Below, one piece after another: positions 24,988 to 29,198 of a DNA stretch of 29,198 nt. Below the pieces are notes generated by a model. It worked only from the letters and a program-made list of their open reading frames with translations. It had not been told where the DNA came from and did not search any database. Numbering within the stretch: the first letter of the stretch is position 1; each line of letters starts with the position of its first letter. A program made the translations under genes and the position numbers. The stretch is taken from positions 1 through 29,198 of IMG/VR virus record IMGVR_UViG_3300020044_005488; one strand, 5' to 3'. Source of the stretch: a virus. Taxonomy: Duplodnaviria > Caudoviricetes.

Positions 24988-25545
24988 TCAAAGATAATTT
25001 AATTCAAACACAACGTCAAAGTCAATCGCGACAAAATTCAATGACTTATCAAATTGTTTCGGTTTGGGACTTTCTTCAGTCAATACCGCAATCGCGTCAA
25101 TGGTTGATTTTATTGGTTTGATTTGGATCAATCGAAATTCGTCAAAATCCTGGAATTTAGCCGTCATGAATGCCGTTCGAATAGCATGTTCCAAATTATA
25201 TGAACACCAATTGCGTTGAACGGCCACCAATCGCAATTCATAACGCGAATTAATTCGATTAATCGTTTGACAACTGAATTGACGTGAATTCGCGGATTCT
25301 TCATAAAAAATTTGTCCGTCGTCGCGATGTCTTATGTAAAAATAATTTGATTCGTTGTCGCTTATTCCTGAATAAACAAATTCGTTTTTTGTCGATTCGC
25401 TTTGAATTAAAATTCGCCCCTCTGAATCAATTCGGGCCAAATAAACGGCCTTTTGAAAACCCGGAACCATTTGCAAAACGTAATTTGATAAATTCGACAA
25501 AATTGTGTCGATTGGCGAACAACAATCCGATGTGATTTGTTTCAT
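24988..25545 (-). CDS. Putative tail terminator/completion protein
   Basis: 185 aa after the gp10-like gene; C-terminal beta strand FVAIDFDVVF. Assignment is by position. Confidence 0.5.
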   Translation of the reverse strand: MKQITSDCCSPIDTILSNLSNYVLQMVPGFQKAVYLARIDSEGRILIQSESTKNEFVYSGISDNESNYFYIRHRDDGQIFYEESANSRQFSCQTINRINSRYELRLVAVQRNWCSYNLEHAIRTAFMTAKFQDFDEFRLIQIKPIKSTIDAIAVLTEESPKPKQFDKSLNFVAIDFDVVFELNYL

Positions 25546-26012
25546 AGTTTATTTATTATAAAATCAATTTTTTCGTCAATCAAATCGGCAATGTAATTTT
25601 GAACACCGGTCCGTTCTTTTTTTGACGGTGTAAAAATTTCCATTTTTTGTTGACCTTTCTTTTTTCCCTGGATTAATTCCTGACCTTGCGATTTTTCAAA
25701 ATCTTTGTCGTTGATAATGACAAAGTAAATCGAATTTTTGTCTTTAACAACTTGCATTGAATTACGCAAATCACCGGTAAATTCTAAATCGACAAACCCG
25801 GTTTGATTTCCCTTTTCGGATCGTTTCTTTGTCCAATATTTTGATTTGTATTTTCCGATTTTTGTTTCGGCCGTATTTTTTCCGTCGTTGAAAATTCGAC
25901 GTTTCATTCGCCCTTCCAAATCCTTCGCACCCAACAAAAGCAAATCACCCGTTGACCGACTTAATTCAATCGATACCGCGTTTAATTTTTCTTTGAATTG
26001 TTCGGGTGTCAT
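25542..26012 (-). CDS. Virion morphogenesis / tail completion protein (HK97 gp10 / Mu gpG-like)
   Basis: Basic, 156 aa, VDLEFTGDLRNSM motif. Confidence 0.65.
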   Translation of the reverse strand: MTPEQFKEKLNAVSIELSRSTGDLLLLGAKDLEGRMKRRIFNDGKNTAETKIGKYKSKYWTKKRSEKGNQTGFVDLEFTGDLRNSMQVVKDKNSIYFVIINDKDFEKSQGQELIQGKKKGQQKMEIFTPSKKERTGVQNYIADLIDEKIDFIINKL

Positions 26013-26347
26013 AAACCTTTCAAATAAATGATTGCGTTGATTATGTCTTTTTTATCGGCGTATGGAATTAAATCAATGAATTGAATCATTAATTCTTTGT
26101 TGTATTCGTCAACCATTTGATTAACCGATTTAAATTTGTCAATGGTATATTTGTTTTTTGGAACGTTGGCATCAACTGAATCAAACGCGCAAACGTTTAA
26201 TTTTTTAGTGACGCGTTGAACTTCCGTCAAATAAACTTTTGCCAAATCGACCTTTGCCATTGACGAAAAATAAATTGTGTCGGATTGTGTTTGTCCGAAC
26301 GATTGGATCGCGAACATTAACATCAAAATTGTTGTTGTTTTTTTCAT
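26009..26347 (-). CDS. Secreted/periplasmic protein in the lysis module
   Basis: Sec signal MKKTTTILMLMFAIQSFG followed by Q. Confidence 0.6.
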   Translation of the reverse strand: MKKTTTILMLMFAIQSFGQTQSDTIYFSSMAKVDLAKVYLTEVQRVTKKLNVCAFDSVDANVPKNKYTIDKFKSVNQMVDEYNKELMIQFIDLIPYADKKDIINAIIYLKGL

Positions 26348-26354
26348 TGTATTT

Positions 26355-26753
26355 TTATTTTAAAATTAGTAAAATTGACGCAAACCCAATCGTGAAAATT
26401 AAATTTCGTTTTCGGTTTTTGCTTTGTTTAGTTAAAAACTCGATTTTCTTTTTATGTTCCAAATTTTGAAATTCACATTCGTCTGTAGTTGAACGGCATT
26501 CAACTAATTTTTCGGCGAATGACTTATTCAATTTCATTAATTCGTCAATTTGTTTTTTTTGCAAATCATTTTGTTCCGCAATTAAATTGTTTTGTTCAAT
26601 TATCAAATCGGTTGTTTTCAATTCTGAAATAATATTCAGGACAACCCATTTTGGCAACGCGACAATTTTTGTTGTGTCGTTATTTGTAACGGTTTGCGAA
26701 AAAATTGGTGATGTCGGAATCATTAAAATTGCGAACAACAATATTCGTTTCAT
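26355..26753 (-). CDS. Signal-peptide coiled-coil protein with C-terminal TM (spanin-like candidate)
   Basis: MKRILLFAILMIPTSPIFS followed by Q, heptad repeats, C-terminal LIFTIGFASILLILK. Confidence 0.55.
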   Translation of the reverse strand: MKRILLFAILMIPTSPIFSQTVTNNDTTKIVALPKWVVLNIISELKTTDLIIEQNNLIAEQNDLQKKQIDELMKLNKSFAEKLVECRSTTDECEFQNLEHKKKIEFLTKQSKNRKRNLIFTIGFASILLILK

Positions 26754-27042
26754 GTTTTTTCTTTTTTAAATTCAAAATTTGCATTTCCTTTTTTTCAATT
26801 TCATATTGCAATGAAACGATTGAATCCGAAATCACTTTCAATGTTGAATCAAACGTCAATTTTTCAACTTCAAATTTTTTGATTTTAAATTCCAACAATT
26901 CAATTCGTTTGGTTTGATCCGAATCACTCACAACAATGTCCGGTTTTGTCAATAATTTTTTAAACGGGATTAAAAACAAAACAAACAAAACGATTGTAAT
27001 TGCCAACATCCATTTTTGAAAATTTGTGTATTTGCTCAACAT
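26680..27042 (-). CDS. N-terminal TM coiled-coil protein (i-spanin-like; start MLSKY at 27042)
   Basis: WMLAITIVLFVLFLIPF TM then coiled coil; lies after the holin and overlaps the next gene. Confidence 0.55.
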   Translation of the reverse strand: MLSKYTNFQKWMLAITIVLFVLFLIPFKKLLTKPDIVVSDSDQTKRIELLEFKIKKFEVEKLTFDSTLKVISDSIVSLQYEIEKKEMQILNLKKKKHETNIVVRNFNDSDITNFFANRYK

Positions 27043-27056
27043 ATTTTTTTTAATTT

Positions 27057-27572
27057 TTAACAACCGTCGTTTCCTGGTTTCGCGTCTTTGCTTTGAATAT
27101 ATTCGTTTTTATAAACGTCAATTTTTTTATAGAGTAATTCAGCAAAACCGCGTTTGATAAAACCCAACAACGATAAATTTTTGACTAAAGAAATCAAATT
27201 CACCACCACCAACGGAACGAAAATTCCTTCATTCAACCAATAAATCGCGTTTGAACCCTTCGCCAAATTTGTCGCAAATGCCAACAATCCGGTGTGTGAT
27301 AATAACGTCCAAAAAACCCGCGTCGCTTTGCGCGTTTCAAATCTGTTGTTTTTCCATGCAATCCACATTCCCGTGAAATGGTCACAACAAATCAACAACA
27401 TCAACGTGTAATAACTCACCGCAGGATCGAAAATCCAATTTGAAACAAACCCGGAAATCGAACCCAACGTGAACCCGCCAAACACCGACAATGTGAACGG
27501 AACAACTTTCAAATTCAGCGATAACACGGAATCAAAAATTGATTTTGTTTCGCTTATGAAATGCGGTTTCAT
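27057..27572 (-). CDS. Holin (phage holin family 4-like; start MKPHFISE at 27572)
   Basis: TM segments with the LLICCDHFTGMWIAWKNNRFET...NLISLVKNLSLLG pattern and a charged C-terminus. Confidence 0.7.
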   Translation of the reverse strand: MKPHFISETKSIFDSVLSLNLKVVPFTLSVFGGFTLGSISGFVSNWIFDPAVSYYTLMLLICCDHFTGMWIAWKNNRFETRKATRVFWTLLSHTGLLAFATNLAKGSNAIYWLNEGIFVPLVVVNLISLVKNLSLLGFIKRGFAELLYKKIDVYKNEYIQSKDAKPGNDGC

Positions 27573-27667
27573 TTTCCGCGCGGTTTTGACGGACGTTGAA
27601 TTGAACCCGGACGTGGGCGCGAACCGCCACAACTTGAACATGCATTTTTTTGACCTCTTGTTTTCAT
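27569..27667 (-). CDS. 32-aa basic Cys peptide MKTRGQKNACSSCGGSRPRPGSIQRPSKPRGK
   Basis: A-rich leader; ATGA overlap with the holin start. Confidence 0.55.
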   Translation of the reverse strand: MKTRGQKNACSSCGGSRPRPGSIQRPSKPRGK

Positions 27668-27680
27668 GATATTTTTGTTT

Positions 27681-28625
27681 TTATGGTAATCCTTGAATGT
27701 AGCGATTTTGATTGCAAACAATACAACATTCGTCAATTCGACGCAATAATTGCGGCAAACTTTCAATCAACATTTTCATTTGTTTGTCGTATTCAGCCGT
27801 CCAATTTTCTAATAAAAAATTGATTTTGTCGGTGTCCAACAATGTCAATGAATTCAAACGATCCGTTGCAACCGCTTCGTGTAAAATTTCAATTCCTGAA
27901 CGATATAAAATTGGCAAACCTAATTTTGCGCCCAAAATACACGCGAATTCGTCATTGTCACAAACGGCATTCGCCTGAACTTTTATTCCATAGGTTGAAT
28001 TTGAATTTCCCGAACCGTTCCAACCGTATGCGCTCAAATATTGACCGGACTTTGACGAACAACCGCAACCCGTTTTGATTGACGAATTGTTGACATTGAT
28101 TGTTGAATTGTCCATGTAAATATAAACATCTGGTGTTGTCGATGTAAAATTCAAATTGATTTCCGCTTCGCCTTGGGCGTTGGTTGTGAACGAATATTGC
28201 GTTTGAACATTCCCGTCGTCAACCCAAACATCGTGTGTTGTGTTTGCGTTTCCAATTTTTATTTTGATGTTGGTCACGTTAATTCGTAACATGCGCGAAC
28301 GTTTAACCTGCAAATGAACGCCCCTATCAGCGTTTTGAACCGCCAATGAACTATTTGTCCAATCACCAACCGATAATTCGTCAACGATGCTATTTATACG
28401 AAAATAAGGCAACGCGTAACGCGTCAAATCTGAAATCACCAATTTTGTCGCAAATGCGATTTTTTCATTCAGGAATTGTAAACCTGAAATAAAATCCGAA
28501 TCCGCAATGTTCGCGGCATATTTCAAATTTAAACCTTCTAAATCGTTAATGTATAAACCTGACGTTGGTGTTCCGGTTGTCAAACATTTGACACCGATTA
28601 AATTATTTAAACATGTTGGTTGCAT
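27681..28625 (-). CDS. Cys-rich structural protein, possibly a head-tail adaptor with an inserted beta domain
   Basis: 314 aa; helical N- and C-termini around a beta-rich middle; GCGC and ECCIVC motifs. Confidence 0.55.
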   Translation of the reverse strand: MQPTCLNNLIGVKCLTTGTPTSGLYINDLEGLNLKYAANIADSDFISGLQFLNEKIAFATKLVISDLTRYALPYFRINSIVDELSVGDWTNSSLAVQNADRGVHLQVKRSRMLRINVTNIKIKIGNANTTHDVWVDDGNVQTQYSFTTNAQGEAEINLNFTSTTPDVYIYMDNSTINVNNSSIKTGCGCSSKSGQYLSAYGWNGSGNSNSTYGIKVQANAVCDNDEFACILGAKLGLPILYRSGIEILHEAVATDRLNSLTLLDTDKINFLLENWTAEYDKQMKMLIESLPQLLRRIDECCIVCNQNRYIQGLP

Positions 28626-29124
28626 GGTATGGATCGTTTAAGTAAATATTTTTTTCATTGACTTTTATCAAACAATGGTTTCGTAAATAATCCGGAACCC
28701 AAAATGACGGACATCCCTTTTGCGCAAATTGGTTGTGACCGGCAATCAACACGTCCGGGTTATATGATAAAACTTCGGCAATGATTGACGACAACATTGA
28801 ATTTTGTTGATCCGTCAACGTGTTTTTAATTTGTTTCATGTCTTTAGTCATCCCGCCAATGTAGCAAACGTGACGTGAAACGGAATTGATGCCAGACGCG
28901 CCGTTTGTGATTTCGTTTTCGTCAATCCATTTGTCCATGTTATGTTTCACAAATCGGTGACGACTTCCGTCCAACAAAATCAAATCTGAATAACCAACAC
29001 GCGACCAACCGCGACCAACCGGTTTCGGGGCGCAATGCCAATTTCGAACGGTTTCGGCCGTGACGCTTCGACCTTCCGGTGTCGCCGAACAATGAATCAC
29101 CAAATATTTAAACGGTTTTTTCAT
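28603..29124 (-). CDS. Endolysin, N-acetylmuramoyl-L-alanine amidase (T7-lysozyme/Amidase_2-like; start MKKPFKY at 29124)
   Basis: Zn-amidase motifs YLVIHCSAT, GWSRVGY, CYIGG and GHNQFAQKGCPSF. Confidence 0.9.
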   Translation of the reverse strand: MKKPFKYLVIHCSATPEGRSVTAETVRNWHCAPKPVGRGWSRVGYSDLILLDGSRHRFVKHNMDKWIDENEITNGASGINSVSRHVCYIGGMTKDMKQIKNTLTDQQNSMLSSIIAEVLSYNPDVLIAGHNQFAQKGCPSFWVPDYLRNHCLIKVNEKNIYLNDPYHATNMFK

Positions 29125-29198
29125 TTTCAATTTGTTCAATTTCGGTCGGTTGCTCAACCACTATTTTTTTTGATTTTGGTTTTGTAAATGTAAGCAAA

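Larger units (their letters stand above)
1..29198 (-). mobile_element. Tailed bacteriophage (siphovirus-like) genome segment, probable Bacteroidota host
   Basis: Terminase, portal, tape measure, amidase, holin, Bet and replication initiator are all co-oriented and tightly packed, with several ATGA overlaps. No host housekeeping genes. Bacteroidota-type promoters are present. Confidence 0.95.

Noticed and set aside
203-28078. Numerous + strand ORFs of 60-120 aa in the ORF track
   Set aside because: All lie antisense to well-supported minus-strand genes and have no recognisable motifs. AG/CT avoidance removes many TAG stops and inflates shadow ORFs.
1-29198. Stop-codon reassignment (TAG or TGA recoding), suggested by the scarcity of TAG
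   Set aside because: Genes are full-length and tile tightly under the standard code, and TGA is used as a stop in many ATGA overlaps. Readthrough of the TAG at 12048 hits TAA after two more codons. TAG rarity is explained by general AG depletion.

Overview
This window is a ~29 kb piece of a tailed dsDNA phage genome, probably a siphovirus since it encodes a tape measure protein. Every credible gene lies on the minus strand. The host is probably Bacteroidota, based on TTTG-N18-21-TAnnTTTG promoters, A/C-rich leaders without Shine-Dalgarno motifs, and signal peptides followed by Gln. In transcription order (right to left) the modules are: lysis genes mixed with connector and Cys-rich structural genes; a cluster of small early genes under two duplicated promoter/operator cassettes; Bet recombinase; an HTH regulator; a replication initiator containing iterons; two tandem DNA methyltransferases; TerS; a tRNA-like element; TerL; a tail assembly chaperone with a probable -1 frameshift; tape measure; three tail/structural proteins; portal; and a gpF-like head protein. 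I did not recognise a capsid, tail tube, integrase or polymerase gene in the window. The most striking observations are: (1) strong AG/CT dinucleotide avoidance that reshapes codon usage; (2) a tRNA-shaped element between terS and terL that shares a 12-mer with a structured leader of the replication gene; (3) Cys-rich virion proteins, a Cys-free tape measure protein and a CxxC membrane protein, which together suggest a disulfide-crosslinked virion; (4) (CAA)n translation leaders; (5) duplicated palindromic promoter cassettes. All product calls come from motif recognition by eye, with no database search.
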